A stretch of DNA of 64,000 nucleotides, taken from assembly GCA_046704725.1 (NCBI GenBank), contig JBJKRI010000008.1, positions 32,001-96,000 of the forward strand. The letters run 5' to 3'. Of the stretch, positions 37,913 to 47,329 are shown one piece after another (the stretch's first letter is position 1; every line of letters starts with the position of its first letter). The notes below the pieces were generated by a model. The model was not told the origin of the DNA, did not search any database, and was given only the letters and a program-made list of their open reading frames with translations. Made by a program: the position numbers and the translations under genes. Source of the DNA: Candidatus Woesearchaeota archaeon (GTDB taxonomy: Archaea > Nanobdellota > Nanobdellia > Woesearchaeales > SKIA01).

Positions 37913-39345
37913 CGCGGATCCCTCGCCCGGCGCACGAGCGCCTGCTTGACCGTGTCGGTGGCGTACGCCTGCAGACGCTGGGCTGGCGACTCGTTATCGC
38001 CGTGCTCGGCGAATGTCACGCGGATCGTGCTCACCGCCCAACCGATCGCTGCGGCCATGAACGGCCCTGTTCCTCGCTCTCCGCCGCAACCGAACCAGTG
38101 CTGGAAAGCCTCCCATGCCGGGATGTACTGCGGCTTCCACTCGAGCGTGGTCTTGCGCCAGGCATGCCAGGCGTCCTGCACGCATTGCGGATCGTCGGAG
38201 AACGGCATCAGGCGACCGACGGCAGCCTTCTTGGGAAGGTAGACTGCGCTGTTCTTGGAGATGTGGCGGTAGAGATTGGGGTTGTACCACTGGAGGATCT
38301 CTTTGGACAGTCCCGTCGACCGCTCGAGCTCCCGCACGCTCCATCTACGCGTCGTGATATACCGGTACACGGAATCCTGGGGGGTCGCTGCGAGTGTGGA
38401 ATCGAGGAGGGATGTGAGCGAGAGCACCTGGTCAACGTAGGTGAGCGTTGCAGGGCCCATCGAGGGGCTGAAGATGCGCCTGTACTTCCTGCTGTTCGGA
38501 TACGAACGACGGATCTCCAGCCCTGCCAGGTACTGCGCGAAAGGCGTTCCCGAGACGCCCGCCATCCTGCCTAGGCTCTCTATCCTCCTAGCGTTGATAT
38601 CGCCGCTATGATACGCTTGCAATGCCATGATGACCGACCCGTGCTCCTTCGCGAGCACCTGAAGCATGGAAGCGGCTATGGCGACGGGCGTGAAACGATC
38701 CTTCCATTCATAGACGAAGGGGAGCGCCGAACGGAAATACGCGTCATTGCCAAAGCTGAGCTGGGCGACACCGTGCGCCGCCCAGGAATGCGCGGTCGCG
38801 TCCGTGCCGCTCTCCAGGACGATCTGCGCAGCGAGCTCTCCGGGCAAGGAGAAATCGTTGTAGATGCGAGTGTCCATCGAGAGGAAGGATGCATTCTTCC
38901 CGAGGGCCCTCAAGTGATCATTTCGCCCGCTGTTCCAGGTCATATCCGCATAGGCATGGTCGTTTTTCGCGCTCTGTCTCGCAAGGCGCATGACTCTCTT
39001 GGCACGAGTCTGCCACCATCCCCTCCCGCTTCTCTCGAGGAGGGAATCGAGCTGGGGGGTCACATCGGTGCAGCCGCGCGGCCAGGCGCGTCGCTTGTCG
39101 CAGACGCCGATGGTGCTGCCGTCCTTGTCGAAGAAGAGGATGTGCTTGCTGTCCGTTCGGGTGAAGACATCCTTCCACAGCCGCGACTGTTCCCGTTGCT
39201 CTTGCCAGTGCGCTTTGCGTATCCTGTACCGTTCGACGAGCGTGGGCGGCTCGACGCCCACCGGCGCGAGCGTGGGCGGGGGCGTCGACGCGCTCCCGAA
39301 CGTGACTGCTGTGAGCGCCGCGAGCGCGAGTCCTCTCCATCGCAT
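37909..39345 (-). CDS. Secreted MltD-like lytic transglycosylase with LysM-like segment
   Basis: Signal peptide; SLT motifs IVLESG..ATAHSWAAHGVAQL, ALQAYHSG, TYVDQVL; LQWYNPNL...VYLP. Confidence 0.7.
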   Translation of the reverse strand: MRWRGLALAALTAVTFGSASTPPPTLAPVGVEPPTLVERYRIRKAHWQEQREQSRLWKDVFTRTDSKHILFFDKDGSTIGVCDKRRAWPRGCTDVTPQLDSLLERSGRGWWQTRAKRVMRLARQSAKNDHAYADMTWNSGRNDHLRALGKNASFLSMDTRIYNDFSLPGELAAQIVLESGTDATAHSWAAHGVAQLSFGNDAYFRSALPFVYEWKDRFTPVAIAASMLQVLAKEHGSVIMALQAYHSGDINARRIESLGRMAGVSGTPFAQYLAGLEIRRSYPNSRKYRRIFSPSMGPATLTYVDQVLSLTSLLDSTLAATPQDSVYRYITTRRWSVRELERSTGLSKEILQWYNPNLYRHISKNSAVYLPKKAAVGRLMPFSDDPQCVQDAWHAWRKTTLEWKPQYIPAWEAFQHWFGCGGERGTGPFMAAAIGWAVSTIRVTFAEHGDNESPAQRLQAYATDTVKQALVRRARDPR

Positions 39346-39477
39346 GGCACTCGTGCTTGGCTCCGCCTATTTGTCTGTTGCGGAGAAAAGCATGTGCTGC
39401 AGTGTATCCATTACAAAATAGTGACAAAACGCAATGTTTTTAAGGGGGGACTCCTCCCACACACGCACTCACCTCTT

Positions 39478-39532
39478 TTCCTGCGGCAGGGGTCCGGAGG
39501 GCGTCCGCGTCCTCTGGCCTGCTGCCCAGGAA
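39478..39532 (+). ncRNA. Long GC-rich intergenic hairpin, candidate small structured RNA
   Basis: TTCCTG/CAGGAA, GGCAG/CTGCC and CCGGAGGGCG/CGTCCTCTGG stems with a TCCG loop; TTTTTAAG at 39437. Confidence 0.35.
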
Positions 39533-41173
39533 CTATTTCCTGCGCTTCGGCTTACGGACGAACAGCTCGCGCGCAAGCACCCCGCCCGCGAAACCGATAG
39601 CGATGCCCGCGGCGAACAGGAACGCGCGCGAGAAATCCACCTGGTACGACGGCGGACGCGGCGTGAAATAGATATCGAGCGAGCCGAGCTCCAGAGCATA
39701 ATCCGCGTAGAGGTTCGCCGAGTAGGGATCCTTGAGATCCTTGGCGTACTGGTAATACGAGTAGGACAGGACGGGGAAGCTCCGGCGCTGCGCGGACTGC
39801 GACAAGAGCTCACGCGCCTTCTCGATCTTGAGTTGGACCGTCTTGTTGAGGTCGTTGCCGCTATAGAGGGCGCTGATGACAGAATCCGCCTCGGCCTTCG
39901 CTTTCGACGCCTTGAACACGCACAAGGCGTACTCCTTCTGGCGGCGGAAATCATACGCGTCCGAGAGCTCGGTGCGGGTGTCCGTCAACGGAATCGTCGT
40001 GAGGTACGTGATGTAATTGAGGCGCTCCTCCGCCTCGGCGAGCTTGGTGTCGCAGCTCTGCTGCAACTGGGCGGTCGATAGGTCGAGCCGCTCCGACGGG
40101 AGCTTGCCGAAGAACGTGCTCCAAGCGAGCGCGCTGTTGAACCGCTCAAGCGCGTACGCGACGCCGCTCGCGTTGAGGTGTTGGTAATCCTCCTTGTCCA
40201 ACGTGTTCGAAGCGTCCATGAGACGCTCGCGGACAACCATGTAGATCTCGAGATCGCTGATGGTAGTGAAATTCTTCGGGAGCTGATTGTCCGTCTGCTG
40301 GATGTCAACCCGCAACTGGCGATAGATGCTACGCAAATAGTCCTGGGACTGATTGGAGAGCAGCTCGGTGCGCAAGGACAGGTCGGCGGCGAAGCAGAAC
40401 GAGGCCGCGCTATAATAATCGCCCTTGTCGCTCGCGTTCACGGCGAGCGCACGGTCCACGATGCTCTCGTTGGTGGGCGCCGTCTCATTGGCCAGACCGT
40501 CGGCGCGCGAGCACAATGTCTGGGCGATGGACTGCATGGTCTGGGAGTACTGCACCGGCACGGTGAGATTGCCCTCCTTGGGACGGATGTCCTTGCCCGT
40601 GAAGTACCAGATGGCAGTCTCCACGTCGCGGACAGGGATCACGTCGATGCCCGTGATGTTCGCGAGAGAAGCGTTGTACTCCGCAGCCGGGACCAGCACC
40701 TTGGAGAAGTTGCTCGCTCTTGCGGCATCGATCTTCGCAGGCACCCCACCCACCGGACCGAGCAACCCGCCGCTGTTGATAGTCCCGGTCATCACCGTAT
40801 CCTGACGGATCGGGAGGTTCTCGAGCGCGGCGTAGGCAAGGACGGTCATCGCTCCGCCGGCCGACGGGCCGCCGATGATCGTGCTGCGAGCGCGGATGAC
40901 GTAGAAGAAATCGAGCTTGGAGCAATCCCTGTCGGCGAGCTGGCAAGCGTACTCGCGCGCGAAGCGGGCGGAGAGCTGCGTGTCGAGCTTGGTGAGGGGG
41001 AAGCTGTCGATATAGACCGCGCCGTTTCCCGGACGCACGTCGAGATAGATGTCGGCGGTGCTGCCCTGGCTTGTATTGGCATCGGAGACGGAGAGCACGG
41101 TGATATGCTTCTGCGTAGCCATCACCATGGGCAGCGCGCACAGCACGAGGAGGATGAGCAGGAATCGCTTCAC
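39533..41173 (-). CDS. Secreted S16 (Lon-like Ser-Lys) protease with C-terminal TM
   Basis: GGPSAG, MTGTINSGG..GPVGGVPAKI; signal peptide and C-terminal TM. Confidence 0.88.
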   Translation of the reverse strand: MKRFLLILLVLCALPMVMATQKHITVLSVSDANTSQGSTADIYLDVRPGNGAVYIDSFPLTKLDTQLSARFAREYACQLADRDCSKLDFFYVIRARSTIIGGPSAGGAMTVLAYAALENLPIRQDTVMTGTINSGGLLGPVGGVPAKIDAARASNFSKVLVPAAEYNASLANITGIDVIPVRDVETAIWYFTGKDIRPKEGNLTVPVQYSQTMQSIAQTLCSRADGLANETAPTNESIVDRALAVNASDKGDYYSAASFCFAADLSLRTELLSNQSQDYLRSIYRQLRVDIQQTDNQLPKNFTTISDLEIYMVVRERLMDASNTLDKEDYQHLNASGVAYALERFNSALAWSTFFGKLPSERLDLSTAQLQQSCDTKLAEAEERLNYITYLTTIPLTDTRTELSDAYDFRRQKEYALCVFKASKAKAEADSVISALYSGNDLNKTVQLKIEKARELLSQSAQRRSFPVLSYSYYQYAKDLKDPYSANLYADYALELGSLDIYFTPRPPSYQVDFSRAFLFAAGIAIGFAGGVLARELFVRKPKRRK

Positions 41174-41203
41174 GGACGCGCCAGCACCCTGCCCCTTATA
41201 TGC

Positions 41204-42190
41204 TTATTGCTCGGAGGGCAACGCCTGTGCGACATACCACTTACCCCTGCTGTCCTGCACGACGGGAACGCGCGTCCCTGGCTCGATATCGACGCTGTGC
41301 GCGAGCTGCACCTCCTGGAACGTGTCGGGATCGAGGATGGTCGGCTTCGGCTTGATGGCGGAGAGCACGGTCTCGTGGATGTCGAGCGGCACCGCGTTCT
41401 CGGGACAAGGGATCGTCGTTCGCTTGCGACGGCGCAAGTCGAAGCACTTGAGCGTGGAACCCATGCGCGTGATGCGAACAAGCCGTTTGTCCAACTCGAT
41501 GACGTCGTTGCGCCAGAAGTCGGGCAGGCGCACGAGCGCGGTGAGCCGGAAGACCTGCTTGGAGGTCTGCGAATCGTATGTGTGCAACCGCGACTGCGTC
41601 TTGATCGTGCCGCCGAAACGACGATGCAGCTCGTGTGCGAAGGAGTGGAGGAACTGCTGGTCGGTGAAGGAGAAGTCGATGCCGCCGCGCACGTCGCGCG
41701 CCTTGGTGATGAGCACCTCGGGCTCTTTTTGCATACGGCGCTCGATATAGGAGACGACCTGCTCGTTGGGGTTGCGCAACTGCAACGTACCCTCGAAATA
41801 GGACGACTTGGCCTTGGCGCAACGGTCGCACTCGCTGTACTCGATGCTGACTGCGACCTCGTACTCCTCGCCGTAGGGTTCGATATGCTCGCTGACCGTT
41901 CCCTCGACATCGATGGGGAGCACGAACTCCTTGGGACGCTCGGTGAGCACGGGCTGGGGGAAACGCACGTCCGTGATGACAGCGCGCGGATTGAAGACCA
42001 ATGCGCGGCGCAACAGGTCAGTGAAGCGCTCGGGCTGCTCCCAATGGCCGTGGTAGAGGACGCGCCCGCACTGGCCGCACGCGATGAGGGAGAAGGGCTT
42101 GACCTCTACGATGAGGGGCTCTCGCTCGCGCAAGCACGCCTCGCAGAAGACGTCCACCGCCTCCTTGCCGCAGTTCGGACAGAACACCAT
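41204..42190 (-). CDS. nmd3: NMD3 family ribosome biogenesis protein
   Basis: FCPNCG..FCEAC, CGQCG, CDRC..YFEGTLQLR, GGIDF. Confidence 0.9.
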   Translation of the reverse strand: MVFCPNCGKEAVDVFCEACLREREPLIVEVKPFSLIACGQCGRVLYHGHWEQPERFTDLLRRALVFNPRAVITDVRFPQPVLTERPKEFVLPIDVEGTVSEHIEPYGEEYEVAVSIEYSECDRCAKAKSSYFEGTLQLRNPNEQVVSYIERRMQKEPEVLITKARDVRGGIDFSFTDQQFLHSFAHELHRRFGGTIKTQSRLHTYDSQTSKQVFRLTALVRLPDFWRNDVIELDKRLVRITRMGSTLKCFDLRRRKRTTIPCPENAVPLDIHETVLSAIKPKPTILDPDTFQEVQLAHSVDIEPGTRVPVVQDSRGKWYVAQALPSEQ

Positions 42191-42281
42191 GTATTTCGGA
42201 GCGCTCCGCATCTTTTAAGCGCTCGTTTTCTCCTGCGTCTGCATCCATCCCTTTTTTAAGGGACGGCAGAATCATCCTTGG

Positions 42282-43049
42282 GTGGACGTCAAGCGAGCGC
42301 TCAAACGGACATGGGATTTCCTGTGGCACGATGACAGCGTCTGGTCGTGGCTCGCGAACATCGCGGTAGCGTTCGTGCTCATCAAGTTCATCATCTATCC
42401 GTTGATCGGGCTCGCCTTCGGCACGAGCCTGCCCGTCGTCGCCGTCGTCTCGGGGAGCATGTACCACGGCCCCGAGCAGGGCATGCTGTGCGGTGTTCCC
42501 GTGCAGGGGGCTCCTGACTGGTGGTCGACGTGCAAGGAATGGTACGTGTCGCGCAACATCTCGCACGCCGAATTCAGTTCGTTCCCGTTCTCGGGCGGCT
42601 TCGCGAAAGGAGACATCATGCTCTTGCGCGGGGTCAAGCCCGGAGAGATACACGTCGGCGACATCCTCGTGTACAACGCGGGCGTGAGCTATCCAGTCAT
42701 CCACCGTGTCGTACGCATCTACACGCAGAACGGCACGACGTACTACCAGACGAAGGGCGACCACAACGGTGACAGCATACAGGAATACATCCTTCCGGCA
42801 GGACAGTTCGCATACACCTGTTACCAGGTGGTCCGCGGGGCAGTCGAGCCCGCTGTGTGCGGGCCAGGCACCAAGCAGGTCACGCGCAGCACTCCCGGGG
42901 CGATCGCCGTGCTCGACGAGACGCACATCACGCAATCGCAAGTGGTCGGCGTGGCGTGGGGACGCATCCCCTACGTCGGCTACGTGAAGATCTGGTTCGT
43001 GGACCTGCTGCAGCTGTTCGGGTTGCATGCGGGTTCGCAACTTTTTTAA
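42282..43049 (+). CDS. Signal peptidase I (archaeal Sec11-type)
   Basis: VVSGSM, KGD, PVIHRVV, TKGDHN, IPYVGYVK. Confidence 0.9.
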   Translation: MDVKRALKRTWDFLWHDDSVWSWLANIAVAFVLIKFIIYPLIGLAFGTSLPVVAVVSGSMYHGPEQGMLCGVPVQGAPDWWSTCKEWYVSRNISHAEFSSFPFSGGFAKGDIMLLRGVKPGEIHVGDILVYNAGVSYPVIHRVVRIYTQNGTTYYQTKGDHNGDSIQEYILPAGQFAYTCYQVVRGAVEPAVCGPGTKQVTRSTPGAIAVLDETHITQSQVVGVAWGRIPYVGYVKIWFVDLLQLFGLHAGSQLF

Positions 43050-43072
43050 ACCGGTCGGGCCTCGGCCGGAAT

Positions 43073-43384
43073 ATGGAGTTCTGCCCCAAGTGCAAAAGCC
43101 TGATGCGTCCCATGCAGAAAGGCGGCAAGACCGTGCTCGGATGCAGCTGCGGCTATGTCAAGAAGGAAGCGGCGAAACCGATCGTCGAGAAGGTGAAAGA
43201 GCCCGAAGCGCTCGTCGTGATGAGCGAGGACGAGGAGACGCTGCCCATCACGGAAGAGGAATGCCCCAAGTGCGGGAACAAGAAAGCGTATTTCTGGCTG
43301 CAGCAGACGCGTGCCGGGGACGAGCCCGAGACAAAGTTCCTGCGCTGCACCAAGTGCAAGCACACCTGGCGCGACTATTCGTGA
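43073..43384 (+). CDS. tfs: Transcription factor S
   Basis: MEFCPKCKSLM...CPKCGN...QTRAGDEPET.F..C.KC; acidic DE pair present. Confidence 0.93.
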   Translation: MEFCPKCKSLMRPMQKGGKTVLGCSCGYVKKEAAKPIVEKVKEPEALVVMSEDEETLPITEEECPKCGNKKAYFWLQQTRAGDEPETKFLRCTKCKHTWRDYS

Positions 43385-43911
43385 GGCAGGCGCTTCATCA
43401 CCGCGTCCACGACCTGCTCGATATCCATGTCGGACGTGTCGATGACGATATCGAAGTTCTTCGGATCGTACACGTCGATGCTGTATAGTCGCAGGAGGTG
43501 TTGACGGAATCTTTCCGCTCGCGAGTCGGTGGCTTCGAGCGCCTCTCGCCAATCTTTGTACGGCTTCTCCCCTTCCCGGCGTCCCTTGAGGACGCGCTCT
43601 CCCCGTATCTCATCCTCTCCCGTGAGGAAGACCTTGACGCTCTGCGGGAGGAAATGCCATCCAGCACGGGCGTCAACGACGATAGCGTCTTGTTCTCCGA
43701 GCATTCTTGTCCGTTCGTCGAAAGCCACGTCATACTTCTGCGGATCCTTGCGGGACAACGCATCGAACTCCTCGATGGTCAGGCCCATCTCTTTGGCGAG
43801 CGCGCGCTTGACCTCGCCCATCCCCCACCACCTGTAACCAAGACGCTTCGCGACCAATTTACTGACTGTCGTCTTTCCCGTGCCGTTCTGGCCGGAGAAG
43901 GTGATGATCAT
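43375..43911 (-). CDS. cmk: Cytidylate kinase (archaeal type)
   Basis: IITFSGQNGTGKTT, RLYSID, DIVIDTS. Confidence 0.85.
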   Translation of the reverse strand: MIITFSGQNGTGKTTVSKLVAKRLGYRWWGMGEVKRALAKEMGLTIEEFDALSRKDPQKYDVAFDERTRMLGEQDAIVVDARAGWHFLPQSVKVFLTGEDEIRGERVLKGRREGEKPYKDWREALEATDSRAERFRQHLLRLYSIDVYDPKNFDIVIDTSDMDIEQVVDAVMKRLPHE

Positions 43912-43985
43912 GCAACCGCGGATGAACGGTTCTTTTTGTTGGTATCGGTCGAAGGGTTTATGGGCGAGCTGCGCTGGGAGATGTC

Positions 43986-44231
43986 ATGGAACTTCCTGCC
44001 GAACCCGGAGCAGTCTTCGCGGTACGCGTGCATCCATCCGCGACGCGGACGCGCCTTGTCCGGTACGACGGCGCGCGCGAGGAATTCGTCTTCGATGTGG
44101 CGGCGGTGGCGGACAAAGGCAAGGCGAACGCGGAGCTGCTATCGCACCTGAAGAAGTCGTATGGACTGGCGTGCGAGATCGTCTCTGGAGCGACGAGCAG
44201 GAAAAAACTGCTCCGCGTCCGGAATCGTTAA
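43986..44231 (+). CDS. DUF167/YggU family protein
   Basis: VRVHP...GKANAEL...IVSGATSRKK. Confidence 0.85.
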   Translation: MELPAEPGAVFAVRVHPSATRTRLVRYDGAREEFVFDVAAVADKGKANAELLSHLKKSYGLACEIVSGATSRKKLLRVRNR

Positions 44232-44255
44232 GTACTCCTGGAGAATCGTGACGGG

Positions 44256-44690
44256 ATGTCGACGCTTGCGTACTTTAGCGGACAAGAAGGGACTTCTTCA
44301 CGCCATGCATGGCGACTGCCGGACATTCCTATAGATGCGACAGCGAAGGATGTGAAAAGATCGCTCCCTCGACTGCTCGCGAATATGAAGGCAGCGGGAT
44401 TGGCCGCTTACCTGGACCCTTTCACGAGAGGCATTCCTTGGGAGTGGGAGCTATGGTGGCCTGGTTGTGCGATACAATCGGATAGCATGCATATCGAATA
44501 TTATCCTGGTCCGTCACTGTCCATGTCGGAGCTGGTTTTCAAACAGGCCCAGTTGAAGCCAGATCACATCCCTGCTTTCATTGCGCACTTGAATTCGTTG
44601 TACGCATCCAATGCGTTCCCAGAACTCAGGCCGGGACCATCGCGCCTCAGCCGTGCGAAGATGGGCTTGCGACGACTGATCGGGCGCTGA
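44256..44690 (+). CDS. Hypothetical protein (lower GC)
   Basis: 144-aa ORF with atypical codon usage; no motif recognised. Confidence 0.4.
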   Translation: MSTLAYFSGQEGTSSRHAWRLPDIPIDATAKDVKRSLPRLLANMKAAGLAAYLDPFTRGIPWEWELWWPGCAIQSDSMHIEYYPGPSLSMSELVFKQAQLKPDHIPAFIAHLNSLYASNAFPELRPGPSRLSRAKMGLRRLIGR

Positions 44691-44692
44691 GC

Positions 44693-44764
44693 CTACTCCT
44701 CCTCGTTGTCGTAGAACTCGTCGAGGGAGGCGCTGGTCTTCATCGCTTTGTAGCTCACTGCCAT
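44693..44764 (-). CDS. Candidate 23-aa small protein
   Basis: MAVSYKAMKTSASLDEFYDNEEE; host-like GC3 codons; TTTATGAA 23-30 nt upstream. Confidence 0.45.
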   Translation of the reverse strand: MAVSYKAMKTSASLDEFYDNEEE

Positions 44765-44851
44765 ACGCCCGCACTCATTAGTCCGATTCATAAACACTGT
44801 TGCGGACGAAACCTTCCGATTGGATAGGTATTCTCAAGCGATGGAAAACAA

Positions 44852-45334
44852 CTACTCATCCTTGCGCAAGGAGAGGATGCTGTCGAAGTTCTCGCTCACA
44901 ACCTGCGCGGTCTTGGCATGCACCTTGACGTTATAGATATGCAGTGTGTCTGTGACGATGGTCACGTTGTACACTGGCTGGTCGTCGATCTTCTGCACGA
45001 GCAGGATCGTCTTTGTCGCGTTGTGGCCGGGATGCTGCTTGGCCAAGCGGTTGTGCGCTTTCGTTGCCGCGCCGACGTACGTGAACAAGACCTCGTCGCG
45101 AGCGAGCGGCGGGACCTTGCCGCCGTCCTTGAAGACGCTCGCCGGCTCTCCGCGGACGACGTGGTCGGCGCTCGCGGTGTACGGCGTGACGGTGTCCGCG
45201 TCCGCGTCGTAGTACCCGACCTGCCAGTCCGACCATGTGCCGTCGTGCGTGAGAAAACCGTGGACCAGATAGCCCTTCTCATCATTGAAGATCGGATGCT
45301 TTTCGATGCGTTCGACGGCTTCGGAGAAATGCAT
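44852..45334 (-). CDS. Hypothetical protein (PepSY-like C-terminus)
   Basis: YLVHGF..WQVGYYD...YNVTIVT...VKVHAKT; TATA upstream. Confidence 0.7.
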   Translation of the reverse strand: MHFSEAVERIEKHPIFNDEKGYLVHGFLTHDGTWSDWQVGYYDADADTVTPYTASADHVVRGEPASVFKDGGKVPPLARDEVLFTYVGAATKAHNRLAKQHPGHNATKTILLVQKIDDQPVYNVTIVTDTLHIYNVKVHAKTAQVVSENFDSILSLRKDE

Positions 45335-45425
45335 ATCCTGTGGGGAACGGGTCTGCTATTTAATCTTAGCTCCACAGCAACGACAATAAAGCTTAAGAAC
45401 AACCGACACGTCGTCTTCCGCAGAG

Positions 45426-46004
45426 ATGGGGTCGAAAATCGCGTGGAAGAAACTCATCAGTGATTCCGAAACGATATCCTACGTGAAGAACGTCGGCGAT
45501 TATCGCATCATCATCGAGGCGCGGCAGTTCGACGAGGGTTGGGAGATCGTCAAGAAGTATCTCGGCGCCGGACTCAATTTCGTCGAGACGTACAGCGCGC
45601 ACAGTCCCGCCGAACTGCGTTCATTGCTCAAGCACCTGCGATCGGAGCGCGACCTGTCGCGCAACGAGATCAAGGACATCTCGCGCTTCAAGAAGAAGAC
45701 GCTGAAGGTGCTCGTGCGCCGCGGCTGGAAAGAGCGCACCGTCGAGAAATGGTTCTTTGGAATCAACGACAACTTCAGCAATTACGTGGTCATCCGCTAC
45801 GGCAAGGAGCTGGATGTCGACATCGTGATGGAGGAGCAGCTCAAGTACATCGAGGACAAGGTAATCACGAAGCTGTACGAGGTCTTGGGCATCAGCGACA
45901 CCGAGCAGCCCATCAACCAGGCCGTCTATTATTTCACCAAGAAGACGAACGCGTACCTCGAGACGGACATCGGGGACTATGAGTTCTCGTTCTACTATGA
46001 GTGA
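45426..46004 (+). CDS. Hypothetical protein
   Basis: 192-aa ORF with strong host codon usage. Confidence 0.75.
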   Translation: MGSKIAWKKLISDSETISYVKNVGDYRIIIEARQFDEGWEIVKKYLGAGLNFVETYSAHSPAELRSLLKHLRSERDLSRNEIKDISRFKKKTLKVLVRRGWKERTVEKWFFGINDNFSNYVVIRYGKELDVDIVMEEQLKYIEDKVITKLYEVLGISDTEQPINQAVYYFTKKTNAYLETDIGDYEFSFYYE

Positions 46005-46498
46005 TCCGCGTCCTTCGCCGCACCTGGCCGGAGAGGCATCTCGAGGGTGGTCTCGTAGTCCTTGAAGCCGCTCTTTCGATAGAACGCGACCGCACGCGTG
46101 TTCTGCGCTGAAGCCGTGACGCTCGCGACGTCCGCGCCGTGTGCTCTCGCCCATTCGATGAACGCGGAAACCAAGGCGGTCCCCACCCCCGAGCTGCGGA
46201 AATCCTCCTCCACGAAGATGTTCTCAAGCTCCGCTCTCGTGCGGATCATCCGGAAAGAGGGAATCCGTTCGAGATGGCCGATGCAATATCCGACCAGTCT
46301 CCCACCAGCGTCAGCCGCGAAGGCGGCGCCGTCGGACCCGACGACCCGCTGCAGATAATAATCCGGATTCTCATTCGGCCAGTCCATGTTGTACGTCTCG
46401 TCGTACTGCCGGTCGTTCTCGAAGAGCATCTGGTTGAGCTGCTTGATCCGTGGCACGTCCGTTCGCACAGCGCGCCTGACCGTGAACCTTGTCGTCAT
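45995..46498 (-). CDS. GNAT family acetyltransferase
   Basis: IFVEEDFRSSGVGTAL, NTRAVAFYRKSGF; ATGA-coupled start at 46498. Confidence 0.9.
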   Translation of the reverse strand: MTTRFTVRRAVRTDVPRIKQLNQMLFENDRQYDETYNMDWPNENPDYYLQRVVGSDGAAFAADAGGRLVGYCIGHLERIPSFRMIRTRAELENIFVEEDFRSSGVGTALVSAFIEWARAHGADVASVTASAQNTRAVAFYRKSGFKDYETTLEMPLRPGAAKDADHS

Positions 46499-47109
46499 GA
46501 ATCCTCTTTCTGCACCTCGATGAGCATGCCGATGGGCCCGGGGTTGACGAGGAGTGTGCGGCCGTGCTGGTGGGTGACCCCCCACGCCTCGTGGATGTGC
46601 CCGGACACGACGATGTGCGGCTTGAAGCGCTCGATCATCGCGCGCGCGGACATGCTGCCGACAGGTCCCATCCACGGCAGCTCGTCGACCTCCAGTCCGT
46701 AGGGCGGGCCGTGCAGCATCCACACGACGAGGTCGTCTTCGAAATCCTGCTCGTGCGCCTTCGAGAAGAACTCCTCGAGCTCGCGGTTCTGCTGCGCGAA
46801 TCCCCCACCACCATAGGTGACGAGCGTGACTCCCGGCAGGCGAACGACCTCCTCGTGGACGTAGCGCAATCCGGGATATTTCGCCACGACTTCTCTGACG
46901 TCGCTCCCCTCGTGGTTGCCGTGCGTGAGATGGATGGTCTTGCCGGTCTTCTCGGCGAGGGCCTGCAGGGCCTCAAGCGATTCCTCCAGACCGGACGAGA
47001 AGTCCGTGATGTCGCCGGCGCAGACGATGAGGTCCGCTTGGCTCGCGGGCTCCTCGAGATGCGCGAGATTGGTGTCACCGTGGGTGTCGGCGAAGGCGAG
47101 AATCTTCAT
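46495..47109 (-). CDS. Calcineurin-like metallophosphoesterase
   Basis: ADTHG, AGDI, GNHE, HGPP, SGHIHE. Confidence 0.9.
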   Translation of the reverse strand: MKILAFADTHGDTNLAHLEEPASQADLIVCAGDITDFSSGLEESLEALQALAEKTGKTIHLTHGNHEGSDVREVVAKYPGLRYVHEEVVRLPGVTLVTYGGGGFAQQNRELEEFFSKAHEQDFEDDLVVWMLHGPPYGLEVDELPWMGPVGSMSARAMIERFKPHIVVSGHIHEAWGVTHQHGRTLLVNPGPIGMLIEVQKEDS

Positions 47110-47181
47110 TTCTTGCGTGAAACGACGGGCATTTATAAGTGACATGCTTTGCTCTCCCTATGAATCTGTATAGGTATTCGT

Positions 47182-47209
47182 TATTCATTCGTCTTTTAAC
47201 GAATGAATA
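47182..47209. promoter_or_regulatory. Perfect 11-bp inverted repeat in a divergent AT-rich promoter region
   Basis: TATTCATTCGT-CTTTTA-ACGAATGAATA. Confidence 0.55.
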
Positions 47210-47329
47210 GATTTGATAAACTTGTTCTGAACCTCTTCAATCTAGTGATTCGGCGTTCCCGAACCAAGATTTATATAGTCTTTAATACCTTAGTATAGGA
47301 TACCGTATCCGTGTATTGCGGGGTGCAGT

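Noticed and set aside
39478-39532. SRP RNA or tRNA fragment
   Set aside because: It lacks the SRP helix-8 GNRA loop and AGCAG motif and has no TTCGA T-loop.
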